A DNA stretch of 64,000 nucleotides from an uncultured virus (IMG/VR IMGVR_UViG_3300036770_002758) (taxonomy: Duplodnaviria > Heunggongvirae > Uroviricota > Caudoviricetes): IMG/VR virus record IMGVR_UViG_3300036770_002758; one strand, given 5' to 3'. Every line of letters begins with the position of its first letter. The stretch's first letter is position 1. A program made the translations under genes and the position numbers. Of this stretch, positions 18,910 through 28,794 are shown one piece after another. The notes under the pieces are model-generated. The model was not told the DNA's origin. It did not search any database and saw only the letters and a list, made by a program, of their open reading frames with translations.

Positions 18910-19350
18910 TTAGGGCTCTTCGCCTTTTAGAATTTTGTCCGCCCTGGCCTGCTCGAGGTAATCGTTGTCGACCATGTACTGAATTGCGCTTGCGACAGCG
19001 TTTGACCCCAACCGAATTTCAAGCAAACGGGGGTCGTCAACCAGGCTAAAAAAGTCAGCGATTACGGGGTCTGAGGCCTTGGCCTGATTGAGGGCCACCC
19101 GTTCCGCAGAAGTGAACAGCAGTTTGAATTGAACGGCGGAAAGAACCGGAGACGCGACTGAACTCGGATCCACTGTAACACTCGGTTTAAGCGGTTGCTG
19201 CCACTGATTGTTTACAAACTCCATGCCGTTTTCAGCCTCGTCAGGCACATCCGTAGAATAGAACTGCGCGACGCTGGGGTGGTAAACCTCGGAAGGGTTA
19301 CCGTGGCAGACGTCTTTGATTCTGTTATTTTCAACCCATGCTTTTTTCAT
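18910..19350 (-). CDS. tail fibre-associated/assembly protein
   Basis: Start MKKAWV (ATG 19350 after a GGAGA RBS); FKLLFTSAER...LVDDPRL...I.L motif; follows the fibre gene. Confidence 0.65.
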   Translation of the reverse strand: MKKAWVENNRIKDVCHGNPSEVYHPSVAQFYSTDVPDEAENGMEFVNNQWQQPLKPSVTVDPSSVASPVLSAVQFKLLFTSAERVALNQAKASDPVIADFFSLVDDPRLLEIRLGSNAVASAIQYMVDNDYLEQARADKILKGEEP

Positions 19351-19364
19351 TTTAAATCTCCTGG

Positions 19365-20471
19365 TCAATATCCGGGCGTCCAGCAAAGGACAACAAAACC
19401 TGCGCCTCCGGATCCTGCGGCGTTGTTAAACGCAGCGCCGCCGCCACCGCCTCGCCCGCCATTACCTCCGAAGTTGTTGCCGGCACCGCCACCGCCACCG
19501 AGACCGCCGTCACCCCCGTTTGCAAGGCCAGCGCCGCCGCCGCCGCCAATCCCGCCAGCGCCGCCTACCTGGTTGCTACCGCCGCCGCCGCCACCGGACG
19601 CGCCACTGCCTCCAGTACCACCAGAAGCGTTTCCAGCGCCCCCTCCGCCACACAGCGTTTTATTCAAAACGTGAAGCCAATTGCCGTTTTCGTTGGGCTG
19701 AGACGCGGGAAAAGTGTTTCCTATCCCTCCCGCTGGCCCGCCCCCACTGGTCGCCCCGGTAGTGCCAACCAGTGCCGATGACGCCGAACTTGTTCCTCCG
19801 CCGCCCGTAGCGCAAGTTGCTCCAGGGCCGGTTATCAGCCCGGAACCAGTAGTTACGCCACCGCCGCCTGAATAAGCTACAAAGTTATTTGCCCCTGTGG
19901 CAGCCCCCGATGTACCTAATCCCCAAGCCCCGCCACCGGTGAACGCCTTATTGGCCGAACTGTTCCCTGTAGCTAAACCACCTGCTCCGCCGTTGCCGTA
20001 CGGAGAACCAGATGCGCCACCCCCAGCCCATCCGTAACCCGAAGAGGAATTGCCCCCCGCGCCGCCTGAAGCCGTAAAGGCGTTTCGGACCCCGCTGGCT
20101 GTTCCCGTTCCGCCGGCGCCACCTGAAGCGCTGGTCGATGTCGATCCGCCGGTAGCAGACAACAAGGTTCCAAAAGACGAGGTGCCGCCTGCAGCGCCGA
20201 CAGTTATTGTCGGCAGCAATTGCCCAGGAACAACATCCACAATTCCTTGCGCGTAACCGCCACCGCCACCGCCACCGCCGCCAGTTCCGCCGGAGCCCAG
20301 ATACCCGGCTCCGCCCCCGCCGACTACACACACCAACATCTGGTATACGTTAGCGGGAACAACTTCCGCAGAAGTCGTTGAGTAAATCATCTTGAACTCA
20401 GTCCAAGCCGGAGGCGAAATTCGCGTTGGCGCGTTGGGGCCAGGAGGCAAACCGATCAATCCTTGGTTCAT
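19365..20471 (-). CDS. glycine-rich tail fibre protein
   Basis: VVGGGGAG...GGGGG repeats throughout, ending GFVVLCW. Confidence 0.75.
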   Translation of the reverse strand: MNQGLIGLPPGPNAPTRISPPAWTEFKMIYSTTSAEVVPANVYQMLVCVVGGGGAGYLGSGGTGGGGGGGGGYAQGIVDVVPGQLLPTITVGAAGGTSSFGTLLSATGGSTSTSASGGAGGTGTASGVRNAFTASGGAGGNSSSGYGWAGGGASGSPYGNGGAGGLATGNSSANKAFTGGGAWGLGTSGAATGANNFVAYSGGGGVTTGSGLITGPGATCATGGGGTSSASSALVGTTGATSGGGPAGGIGNTFPASQPNENGNWLHVLNKTLCGGGGAGNASGGTGGSGASGGGGGGSNQVGGAGGIGGGGGAGLANGGDGGLGGGGGAGNNFGGNGGRGGGGGAAFNNAAGSGGAGFVVLCWTPGY

Positions 20472-20869
20472 CAGAAATTACCTCCAAAAGCAATTACGTT
20501 GAAAGTCTCAGCCACCTGCGTGCTGGCCCGCAAAGAAAAACCGTTGGGCAGTGTGATGGGCAAAAACCGGGCGTAAGTCTCGGGCCGCAACTGCGCTTCA
20601 AAGGATGGATTTGTAGCCGACACCGTATTGGCCGGGATGGCTATTTCAGTAAGCAGTCTCGCGTTTGTACCGTCGTGAATGAACAGCCGGACCATGCCGG
20701 CGGTGGTTGTGCCAGTCGCTTTCACAACCACGCCATCTATGCGGCTGCCATTGGACCCCGCGGTAAAAACAGTGGCTATTGTGCCGGTGCCGTCTCGGTT
20801 TGTGTTTGCGACAGAAACCTGGCCTATGCCAGTATTTGACGCCGCCGCGTAGGAAGGATTGTTTGCCAT
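20471..20869 (-). CDS. virion structural protein
   Basis: ANTNRDGTGT...AGSNGSRID...TTTAGMVRLF motif; inside the tail cluster. Confidence 0.7.
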   Translation of the reverse strand: MANNPSYAAASNTGIGQVSVANTNRDGTGTIATVFTAGSNGSRIDGVVVKATGTTTAGMVRLFIHDGTNARLLTEIAIPANTVSATNPSFEAQLRPETYARFLPITLPNGFSLRASTQVAETFNVIAFGGNF

Positions 20870-20878
20870 ATAGAGTCC

Positions 20879-21976
20879 TCAGACTGTCCCGATTGCAAGA
20901 AGAGGGAGTTGGTTGATACTGACCCCTCGGTATTCTAAGCCAGTTCCGGTGTCATTTACCGTAATTGCTTCGCCGGGGGATCCGATAGTGGTAAGGCCCG
21001 TGCCTCCGTTCGTGGTCGCCAAAGTGCCGCCCAACGTCATGGTCCCACTGATCGTGATTGGGCTGTTGGACACCGTAAGACCCGTCGTGCCGCCGCTGAC
21101 GCCAACCGACGTCACGGTGCCGGATCCGGGGAAAAGCCCGATCGCGAGTTTGAAATCGCTGTCGCTCAGAAGCGACACGCTGTTGTCCGCGTTCACCCTG
21201 GGGAAACGAATTGCAGAAGGATCCGTTACCGTGAAAAAACTAGCGCCCGTGGCCGTGGCACCGAGCGCGGTGCGCGCGGCGGAAACCGTTGTGGCCCCGG
21301 TGCCTCCGTTCCCAATAGCAAGCGTACCGGTGACGCCCGTGGTCAGCGGAAGCCCCGTGGCGTTGGTCAACGTAATCGTTGGCGTGCCCAAGACGTTGCC
21401 GGTCAGGTTGCCCGTGACGTTGCCCGTGACGTCGCCCGTGACGTTGCCGGTCAACGGACCAGTGATAGCGGAGAACACACCTGTTGAAGGCGTAACCCCA
21501 CCTATGGCCGTACCGTTGATCGTGCCGCCCGTGACAGTGACCGAGCTGGACGTCAACGGGCCAGTGATAGCGGAGAACACACCTGTTGAAGGCGCAACCC
21601 CACCTATGGCCGTGCCGTTGATCGTGCCGCCCGTAATAGTGACCAAGCTGGATGTAACCGCCCCAGTGTACCCGACGGAAGCGGTCAACGACGTAAACGC
21701 GCCGGCAGCCGATATTGAATCACCTATCAGCGTGTTATTGATCGTGCCGCCTGAAATGGTCGGATTGGTCAACGACAACCCAGTGATACCAGTTACCGTT
21801 TCAAGCGCTGTGCCGGCCGGGTTGACCGCCACCAATTTCCCGGCGGTAGAACCGTTTAGCGCGGGGAGCTTATCCCACCCCTGGCTGATCAAACTGAATT
21901 CATTGCGAATGGCCGCCGAAGAACCCGGATCGTTCGGCGCGGGAACTGTCCCGCCGTTATAGTAACTGTTGGTCAT
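20879..21976 (-). CDS. tail fibre protein
   Basis: N-terminal SSAAIRNEF; ITGGTINGT repeats; GNVTGDVTGNVTGNL; GTLAIGNGGTGATT motifs. Confidence 0.8.
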   Translation of the reverse strand: MTNSYYNGGTVPAPNDPGSSAAIRNEFSLISQGWDKLPALNGSTAGKLVAVNPAGTALETVTGITGLSLTNPTISGGTINNTLIGDSISAAGAFTSLTASVGYTGAVTSSLVTITGGTINGTAIGGVAPSTGVFSAITGPLTSSSVTVTGGTINGTAIGGVTPSTGVFSAITGPLTGNVTGDVTGNVTGNLTGNVLGTPTITLTNATGLPLTTGVTGTLAIGNGGTGATTVSAARTALGATATGASFFTVTDPSAIRFPRVNADNSVSLLSDSDFKLAIGLFPGSGTVTSVGVSGGTTGLTVSNSPITISGTMTLGGTLATTNGGTGLTTIGSPGEAITVNDTGTGLEYRGVSINQLPLLAIGTV

Positions 21977-24027
21977 CTCAAGCCTCTTCGCATCGTGTAG
22001 TGCAAGATTATGCTGTTGATCGTGAACGGCTCCAATTGATCCGACACCGTCGAAATACGAACCGCGATATTCTCAGCGGTGCCTCGCACTTCAACTTCTG
22101 ATGGCGAGACGTCAGACCCGTCCCAAACAAAATTGTCCCACTCAAATTCGTCCCAATACGACGCTCTCAAATCGCTGGCATGGGTCGAATTTACGTCTTG
22201 GTCAATGTACGGCGTACGATACCCGAGATCGTACCCAAATTGAAATTCTGCGTACGCGTCGCCGGTCACTTCGACACTGGCTTTGCGGTACCTTTTCAGT
22301 ATCCTGGGCGAGCCTTTTGCGTTAAACGGCAGCGCAAAATTGGCGGCAATTGGAGCGCCGTCAAAGCTGGTCCCGCGCTCCAGCTCGTAAACGAATCCGT
22401 TTTCTCCGCCCAAGAAAATTCGTGCCGTGCCGGTGGCGTCCTCGCCTTCAAAAGAACAGAACGGGGTATTCGGAAATTGCATCGGCATGGCGCCCAGAAG
22501 ACGGCCGTTAAGTACGGTCAAGTAGACCCCATAGCCGTCATTAAAGAACAATCGGTATTGCCCTTTTTCCCGGTTCACGGTGCTCGCGGCCAGCTTGTTG
22601 ATGCGGGGCTGCATGAACGGGCGGATGTTCATCGTCAGCGAGGCGGGGGTAAAGTTGCCGAAGTTGAGGCTCGTCCCCAAAGTAATCACGCCGCGGTCGT
22701 CAAGAACGTACGCCTGGTCCATGGTCTGCGCAGAATACGCCACCGCGCCAGTGCCGGTGTTGAACGTCGACAGCGCAAAATCTTGAGAGCTGGTGCCGTA
22801 CAAGACGGCCGTATCGCGTCGGGTGTACACACCCAGCGCGCCGCTTGTCTGGTCACCGGGGAGGGCGATCAGGCAGGTAATGGTGTCCGCCATGGCGATC
22901 TCGCCCGCGCCTAAAAGCGGCGTCCACTGATACGGCAAGCCGAGCCCTGAAAATTGCAGCGAGGCTCCAAACGACAGAAACAGATGCTGTCTGTGAACCG
23001 CGATGTGGTTTGGCTTGTCAACGGCCATACCCGTGCTGATCGGCACAAACACCGTGCCATCGAATTCCCACGCGCGGTTAACCCCGTCGCAGCCGTACGC
23101 CCGGTAGTTGGACACGCCGCCACCGATGCTGCCGATCACTATCTCAAACCGCCCGCCATCGTCTAAAGTTATAGCGGAGCTGTTGCCGGCGATCGTGGCC
23201 ACGTTGGTATTGGCACCCACGTTGAGGTTTTCAGATTGAAAAGTGCCGCTCTGTGACGCAAAGATGAGACGGCCAGCTGCATCCCCGCCGCCCCACGTTC
23301 CTGATTCAAGGACGACCCTGGTTATAACCGCCGTGGCCGCCGACGTCGCGCCGGTGATGGTGTCGCCTTCGACTATCTCGTACGTGCCGCCGCTGGTGAA
23401 CGCTAGCTCTCGGCCAAGCGCGACCTGGGACCAGCCCGATCCGGTCGACTTGTACATGTCAACTGCGGTACCGCCGGCATTGTCTCGCAGCGCGTAGACC
23501 GTACCCTTGTACAAAAACACGCCCCTGACAGGCCCAGATCCAGGAACGGCGGTGATGTCTGACCGGTATTCGTCGGCGGCCAAGTTCTTGTACGCGGCCG
23601 CGGTAGCGCCATCGGCGGTAATTCCCAGCTGGGATACCAGCGTGCCAACCGGCGCGGCGGATACCTCGAGAATTTCCCCCAGCGTAAATGACCCGCTGAC
23701 TTTTGTGCCGATCAACGTAGATCCGGATACCGCGATGACGACCGCGGTCTCTCCCGACGTGTCTCCAGTGATTATGTCGCCTACGCTGACCGCCGCCGTA
23801 AGCGTGCAAGTGAACACCGTGTACAGCGCGTCAGAGGGCCGCGGGCGGCCGTCAAATCTTTCGTAGCCGGCGATCCGCGTGTAGCCCCCAGTGATGGCCG
23901 CCTCAAAATTTGCAGCGCGCCTGACGAATCCTGGGGGCAATGAGAGGGTAGGCGTGACCTGGTCAAAGCCGCCCTGCAATCGGATCAGGTCGTACTGGAC
24001 TCGGGGCATCGCCGGCAGCGTCGACAT
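21973..24027 (-). CDS. tail tube/nozzle (DNA stabilisation) protein
   Basis: 684-aa beta-rich protein after the adaptor; GGYTRIAGYERFDG N-terminus; inserted GxTSG-type beta domains. Confidence 0.75.
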   Translation of the reverse strand: MSTLPAMPRVQYDLIRLQGGFDQVTPTLSLPPGFVRRAANFEAAITGGYTRIAGYERFDGRPRPSDALYTVFTCTLTAAVSVGDIITGDTSGETAVVIAVSGSTLIGTKVSGSFTLGEILEVSAAPVGTLVSQLGITADGATAAAYKNLAADEYRSDITAVPGSGPVRGVFLYKGTVYALRDNAGGTAVDMYKSTGSGWSQVALGRELAFTSGGTYEIVEGDTITGATSAATAVITRVVLESGTWGGGDAAGRLIFASQSGTFQSENLNVGANTNVATIAGNSSAITLDDGGRFEIVIGSIGGGVSNYRAYGCDGVNRAWEFDGTVFVPISTGMAVDKPNHIAVHRQHLFLSFGASLQFSGLGLPYQWTPLLGAGEIAMADTITCLIALPGDQTSGALGVYTRRDTAVLYGTSSQDFALSTFNTGTGAVAYSAQTMDQAYVLDDRGVITLGTSLNFGNFTPASLTMNIRPFMQPRINKLAASTVNREKGQYRLFFNDGYGVYLTVLNGRLLGAMPMQFPNTPFCSFEGEDATGTARIFLGGENGFVYELERGTSFDGAPIAANFALPFNAKGSPRILKRYRKASVEVTGDAYAEFQFGYDLGYRTPYIDQDVNSTHASDLRASYWDEFEWDNFVWDGSDVSPSEVEVRGTAENIAVRISTVSDQLEPFTINSIILHYTMRRGLR

Positions 24028-24034
24028 ACTGACC

Positions 24035-24718
24035 TCAGGCGAGTGGCGGGCCGCTGATCAAGTCAGGCAGCTGATCGATTTCCAGCCTGTTCATCAGGCG
24101 CTTGAATTCGAGCTCGCCACGCTGGTAAACCTCGGTGGCGGCTTCGTACCCGGCGTAGAACATCATCGCCCGGTAGACAATCATGGGGTGGAACCGAGCC
24201 GGCAGATCCGGCTCTTCCGTGGCCGTCGTGAATTCGGTGGGCTTCCGGTAATACTCCCCGACGATCACGTAAGGCTGATTGGGGATAGCGCCGAGCCCCA
24301 GGTTCTTGCTCGGCGGGACGATGGTCACCACGACCGGGCGGGACTGCGTGTTCCGCATGTTCGCGTACTGGTACAGATTCCGGAACGTGTTCCATTCCAT
24401 GAAGTTCAGCAGCTGCTCGTCGCCGTAGTTGGCGCCGACGCTGCTGGCCCTGAAGCTGTCTCGTTTCCAGTTTGCGAACGTGGAACCCACGCCCACCTCG
24501 GTCGGGGTGTACTGCCACTGCGCCCCGACAGTGTTGAACTGCAGAGGCTGGCGCATGAACTGCCAGTCCTCGTGCGCGGTCTGAACGTCTACCCACGCGG
24601 CGTTGATCCAGTCATGGAACCGCAGCGATTCACCGGTCAGGCCGGTGACAGTGGTCAAGGCAGGGCCTGTGACTCCGCACTCTTGCCTGGCCCGGTTGAT
24701 CAGCTGCAGGAAAGTCAT
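24035..24718 (-). CDS. head-tail adaptor protein
   Basis: MTFLQLINRARQECG...WINAAW...W.FM...LPARFH.MIVYRAM pattern; synteny. Confidence 0.8.
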   Translation of the reverse strand: MTFLQLINRARQECGVTGPALTTVTGLTGESLRFHDWINAAWVDVQTAHEDWQFMRQPLQFNTVGAQWQYTPTEVGVGSTFANWKRDSFRASSVGANYGDEQLLNFMEWNTFRNLYQYANMRNTQSRPVVVTIVPPSKNLGLGAIPNQPYVIVGEYYRKPTEFTTATEEPDLPARFHPMIVYRAMMFYAGYEAATEVYQRGELEFKRLMNRLEIDQLPDLISGPPLA

Positions 24719-25128
24719 TAGCCGGCCTCTGCCAAGATGTTAGCCAACCATGCGCGGCCTTTCGGGTTCTTGTCTTCGGTGACAACGAACGGGAATGCCA
24801 GGCCGTGGCGGGCAGACATGACGATGCGGTCAGGCTCCGACGGGTTCGGGGTCGACTGCGTGTAGCGGGTCTCTTTCATGCGCGCGAGGACTTCCACAAA
24901 CTTGCGGCGGACGGGCACGTCCTGCCCGCGCGGGATGACCTGGTTGAGGCCGTTCACGTTGAGATGCGCGTACGGGGGCTCGTTCTCGTTCGTGGTCGGA
25001 TGGATCATCACGGTGACGACCTCTTCCATGAACGCCTCTTTTTTCAATTCTTGCTTGAAGTCGCGGTTGCCGGATACCGGCTCCACAAGCTCTGCGTTGT
25101 CAATAATTTCGATCGGACCTTTCGCCAT
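24718..25128 (-). CDS. conserved hypothetical virion-operon protein
   Basis: NVNG...IPRG..V.V.RKFVEVLAR motif found downstream of N4-gp56-type capsid genes. Confidence 0.7.
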   Translation of the reverse strand: MAKGPIEIIDNAELVEPVSGNRDFKQELKKEAFMEEVVTVMIHPTTNENEPPYAHLNVNGLNQVIPRGQDVPVRRKFVEVLARMKETRYTQSTPNPSEPDRIVMSARHGLAFPFVVTEDKNPKGRAWLANILAEAG

Positions 25129-25157
25129 CGGATTTGCTCCTTGTAATGGATTGCCCC

Positions 25158-25187
25158 AAAAAAGACGAGCCGCCGTAACGGCTCGTC
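25158..25187 (-). terminator. rho-independent terminator after the capsid cluster
   Basis: 9-bp stem GACGAGCCG/CGGCTCGTC followed by a T-run on the minus strand; a second hairpin lies at about 25193-25228. Confidence 0.7.
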
Positions 25188-25240
25188 AAGCACTCCTCCC
25201 TCCTCAGGGGGTAAAAGAAGGGAGGAGTTGACGGCGACTG

Positions 25241-25678
25241 TTACTGAGCGCTGCCCGGCATCTGGGACAGGTTCAGGTAAGTTGCGGTGTTGCCGGTACC
25301 CAGCGTCGAGGTGCCAGGCGTAAACGTCTGGCTCGAGCTGGTGCTGACCTTAATCAGTCCGAACGGGGTCAGGTTGGCTGCGGGCGGGTTGGGCACCGGG
25401 CAGGGATCGCCGGCGGACACGATCGGACCCTGGGAGGTCGATACGTCGCCATTGGAGGCCAGCCACAGACCAAACACGCATGCCTGGCTGTTGCCAAGGG
25501 CGGTGTGGCCAGAGCTGAAGGCGATGTTGTTGGTGCCCGACTTGGAGCGGAAGATACCGTTGTTGGTGTACGCGATCGTGGATGCGATCTGGAACGTGCC
25601 AGCGTTGGTACCTGCGGCGATGGCGCCAGAGGTGAGCGACATAAAGCCGCTGTTGCTTTGTTCAATGTTGTACGACAT
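25241..25678 (-). CDS. capsid decoration/minor head protein
   Basis: 145-aa small-residue beta-rich protein two genes after the MCP. Confidence 0.6.
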   Translation of the reverse strand: MSYNIEQSNSGFMSLTSGAIAAGTNAGTFQIASTIAYTNNGIFRSKSGTNNIAFSSGHTALGNSQACVFGLWLASNGDVSTSQGPIVSAGDPCPVPNPPAANLTPFGLIKVSTSSSQTFTPGTSTLGTGNTATYLNLSQMPGSAQ

Positions 25679-25704
25679 GTGCTTGTCTCCTGATCGGGGT
25701 GGGG

Positions 25705-25941
25705 TTACGGCAGCAATTCGGGGGTAACGGCCGACGACGTGGTCGCGGTCGTGGTGCCCGTGCTGCCAGCGCCAGTGGTAACGCCAGAATGCACATGCGC
25801 GTCGTAATTCGTGCGCAGCGTATTCAGAGACGTCGACAGGGCGTTGATGTCGGCCAGAATCGCTTCGAGCAGCGGGCGCAGTTCGCGCGAGGTCAGCTCG
25901 TCAGGGATCTTGGGGGCGCGTTGTTTGATGCTTTCGCTCAT
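25705..25941 (-). CDS. small virion protein
   Basis: 78-aa ORF after the MCP; coiled coil plus YDAHVHSGV. Confidence 0.65.
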   Translation of the reverse strand: MSESIKQRAPKIPDELTSRELRPLLEAILADINALSTSLNTLRTNYDAHVHSGVTTGAGSTGTTTATTSSAVTPELLP

Positions 25942-25988
25942 GGTGTGATCTCCACAGTGGGGCGCCCCCGAAGAGGCGCCCCGTCAGA

Positions 25989-27047
25989 TTACAGTGCGGT
26001 CACACCGGCTTCGATGCGGGCCATCCAGGAATCGTTCAGACGAACGCTGGCGAACCAGGTCGAAGCGCCCACATAGCCGAACTGGCCGAGCGGGTTGGCG
26101 TGGTTGGTCTGCGAAGCCTTCAGGACAACCGGCTTGATGGCCGACATGCCCTTCAGCGCTACCTGGCCCCAGGCGTCTTCACCGATCACCAGGAACGGAT
26201 ACACGTCGACGTTGGCGGCGCCAATCGACAGCATGCCATTCAGGGTGTTGGAGCCGGCGGCGAGGAACGGCTGCAGCAGCGGGGAGCTGATGAAGCGGAA
26301 GTCTTCGCATGCGCCGATCTCGCGGTCGTGGATCGGCTTGAAGCTGCCGTATTCCTCGACACGGGTGAAGCCCGGCAGGTTACGCACGTCGGACACCGCG
26401 TCAGTGTGGCAGAACACGATGAACGCCGGCTGCACGGCGCGGGTGGCGAAGTTGACGCCAGGGGCCAGGCGGCTGGTCACACGGCGGGAGCGGTTGGACT
26501 CCAGCGTGCGGGCGGCCTTGCGGATGGCGTTCAGGCTGATCGCGGTGTTCAGACCGGAACGGGTGGTACCGTTGGCGTAGATCACCGTGGAGCCGGCTTT
26601 CAGTACGCCGTAGCGGACCATCTCCATGACTTCGGCCATGGTCTCGCCGGTCAGTTTGACCATCTCGCCGGGGATGTCGTCTTCGTACAGCTGCTCGACC
26701 TTCGAGCTGTACTTGAAGAGGATACCGTACTGCTGCAGCTGAACGGTGACGTCCTGGAAGCTGATCGTGTTGCTGTTCGGCGTTACGCCTTCAGCAAGCA
26801 CGAAGTTGGAAGCCACGATGTTCGGCGTGCCGGCGTAGCGCTGGCTGCCTTCGATCGTGGTACCAGCAGCTACGGCGCCAAACGGCAGCGTGCGGCGGAA
26901 GACCAGCGTGTCGGTGCTGTTCTGGGGCATCTCGCGCTGGGTACCGAAGTCGCCCAGAACGGTGATGGGTTGTGCGTGGTCCAGCATGCCCTGCGCGGCT
27001 CGGATGAGGTTACGCGAGGCGACTGTGCCGTAATTTTGAATGGCCAT
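25989..27047 (-). CDS. major capsid protein, N4-gp56 family
   Basis: LAEGVTP...QYG...EIGACEDFRFI...DVYP.LV.GEDAWG.V.LKG...NPLGQFGYVG...LNDSWMARIE. Confidence 0.92.
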   Translation of the reverse strand: MAIQNYGTVASRNLIRAAQGMLDHAQPITVLGDFGTQREMPQNSTDTLVFRRTLPFGAVAAGTTIEGSQRYAGTPNIVASNFVLAEGVTPNSNTISFQDVTVQLQQYGILFKYSSKVEQLYEDDIPGEMVKLTGETMAEVMEMVRYGVLKAGSTVIYANGTTRSGLNTAISLNAIRKAARTLESNRSRRVTSRLAPGVNFATRAVQPAFIVFCHTDAVSDVRNLPGFTRVEEYGSFKPIHDREIGACEDFRFISSPLLQPFLAAGSNTLNGMLSIGAANVDVYPFLVIGEDAWGQVALKGMSAIKPVVLKASQTNHANPLGQFGYVGASTWFASVRLNDSWMARIEAGVTAL

Positions 27048-27071
27048 TTGCTAAAGCTCCTATGTTTAAGT

Positions 27072-27923
27072 TCAGAAGCCGCGCTGCTCTTTTCGTTTCT
27101 GGAGCTGCTTGGCTTCGTAAGTCCAAAGTTCTTCTGGGGTCATGCTGTCGAGCGTTTTCGACGGGCGTGACGCACCGGGCTTGGTCGTGACCGCGTTATC
27201 GAGAGTGGCTTTGCGCTGGTCCTGAATACGGCTCGGCGCGGTTTTCGATGCCTCGAACATGTCCAGCATCTTGACCGCGTCGCTGGCTTTGGGGCTGTAG
27301 ATCAAGTTGTAGACGTCTACCGGTTGCTTTTTCGCCCACTCCAGAAATCCCTGGTCGTTGACGGTTTCGCGCCAGTTTTCGTACTTCGTCTCGAGCTTCG
27401 CGTATTCCAAAGCGTCCTGAGTTTCAGCGCGGATCTGGGCGGTTCGCTCTTCAATGAGCTGATTGATCTGGTCCTGAGAAACACCGCTCTGGCCTGCGCC
27501 GACTCTCGTCGACACGTACTCTTCCATCGCCTCCGCCCATTCAGGAAAATCCTGCTTGAGCTGAGTCCACTTCTCCGAATCGGCTGCCGCTTTTGACAGC
27601 TCAACGGGCGTCGGCGTCGCAACAGCGGGCTGCTGTTTTTGCTGCTCTCGCTCGCGTTGCCATGCGGCTACACGACCTTCAGTTGTTTTGACGTGATGCC
27701 TGAGATCCTCGTTGGCTTTCTTCAGCTCGTCGATTTCTGCCAGCTTGGCCTTTACTGCTTCCGGCAGCCCTGCGAAAGGGTCTTCCGGAACGGGCTCAGG
27801 CTCAGGCTCAGATTGCGGGGCGGGTTCCGGTTCTGGAGCCGGGGATTCCGGGTCCATCACTTTGGATTCTTCGTCCCAAACTTTCTGCGCCTCTTCGGCG
27901 GTCAACTGCGTATCGTCTGCCAC
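27072..27923 (-). CDS. capsid scaffolding protein
   Basis: Acidic, Pro-rich, coiled-coil 283-aa protein immediately upstream of the MCP. Confidence 0.75.
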   Translation of the reverse strand: MADDTQLTAEEAQKVWDEESKVMDPESPAPEPEPAPQSEPEPEPVPEDPFAGLPEAVKAKLAEIDELKKANEDLRHHVKTTEGRVAAWQREREQQKQQPAVATPTPVELSKAAADSEKWTQLKQDFPEWAEAMEEYVSTRVGAGQSGVSQDQINQLIEERTAQIRAETQDALEYAKLETKYENWRETVNDQGFLEWAKKQPVDVYNLIYSPKASDAVKMLDMFEASKTAPSRIQDQRKATLDNAVTTKPGASRPSKTLDSMTPEELWTYEAKQLQKRKEQRGF

Positions 27924-27986
27924 TTCGTCTCTCCGTCATGTTGTCAAGGGCGGCTCTGTGCCCGCCTCTTACCAAGCCCGGCAGTA

Positions 27987-28190
27987 TCAGTAGGACACTG
28001 GCGGAGCCTCCACTTCTCGAGTCACCCGGTTGGGCAAGTCGAGTATCCTTTTCAAGAGCCGTATCTCGCCTCGGTAGGCTGCGGTCTCTTCTGGCGATAG
28101 ACCAATCGAATCGTTTTTGACCCGGACGGCTTCGAGCTCTTTCTTGGCCCAGGCTTCGACCTTGGCCCACTCTCCGGGTTGCAGATTCAT
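27987..28190 (-). CDS. small conserved head-cluster protein
   Basis: W..VE.W....L...R..ND......ET...RGEI..LK..L.LP motif typical of genes between portal and scaffold. Confidence 0.7.
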   Translation of the reverse strand: MNLQPGEWAKVEAWAKKELEAVRVKNDSIGLSPEETAAYRGEIRLLKRILDLPNRVTREVEAPPVSY

Positions 28191-28248
28191 CTATCGCCAA
28201 TCAAATCTTGATAGTTGGCACCTATGCTAAGGAACGGACGCGCGGGGG

Positions 28249-28617
28249 TCAACTTAGGAACCGCAGCTTGTACAGCGTCGACTGGTACAGGGTGATGATC
28301 TCGTCCAGCGCGTTGTTGAGCGCGGTTTCCGCCTTCGGGCAGATCTGCCCGCGGTTGTCTTCGATCCACGCCATCTGCTGCTCGAGGACGTCGCTGATCT
28401 CACCTTCAAACTCGTTGTCGCCGAGGGGGATGTCCAGCAGCTCATTGAACCGCCCCTGGTACGCCTCGACGAAGCCGTCGACGAGAGGGATCACGCCCTC
28501 GTAAAACGCGCCCAGCGCCATGTGCTCCGCGTACGACATGGTCCGCAGATGCTGCCTGTGCGTCAGATCCCGGGCCACGAACACCATGGCCACCATCATT
28601 CCGGTTTGCTTGCTCAT
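28249..28617 (-). CDS. ferritin-like/Dps-like four-helix protein (DUF5856-like)
   Basis: H..HL.T.SYAEH.ALG.FYE......D.FVEAYQG...N..DEI.......YKLRFL. Confidence 0.65.
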   Translation of the reverse strand: MSKQTGMMVAMVFVARDLTHRQHLRTMSYAEHMALGAFYEGVIPLVDGFVEAYQGRFNELLDIPLGDNEFEGEISDVLEQQMAWIEDNRGQICPKAETALNNALDEIITLYQSTLYKLRFLS

Positions 28618-28775
28618 TTCAGCCCCTTCATCGCTTTGCTGAGAAGCCCCTTCCGGCTGTCAGCTTTGTTGAATTCTTTGGCGACCTTGACCGGCACCCC
28701 GACCTTCGCGGCGAATTTCGGGTCATGCGCGGCGGCTGCCATCATGCGCGCTTGCTTTTGAGATGCGGACGGCAT
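28614..28775 (-). CDS. small basic protein (not in ORF track)
   Basis: MPSASQKQARMMAAAAHDPKFAAKVGVPVKVAKEFNKAD..., 53 aa, ATGA overlap with the next gene. Confidence 0.7.
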   Translation of the reverse strand: MPSASQKQARMMAAAAHDPKFAAKVGVPVKVAKEFNKADSRKGLLSKAMKGLK

Positions 28776-28794
28776 TTGTAAGTTCTTAATTTTA

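Noticed and set aside
25958..25983. GC hairpin with a UUCG loop after the capsid gene as a terminator
   Set aside because: No U-tract on the coding strand; more likely a stabilising or processing hairpin.
26100..27170. 356-aa ORF antisense to the major capsid gene
   Set aside because: Mirror of a strongly biased, highly expressed gene.
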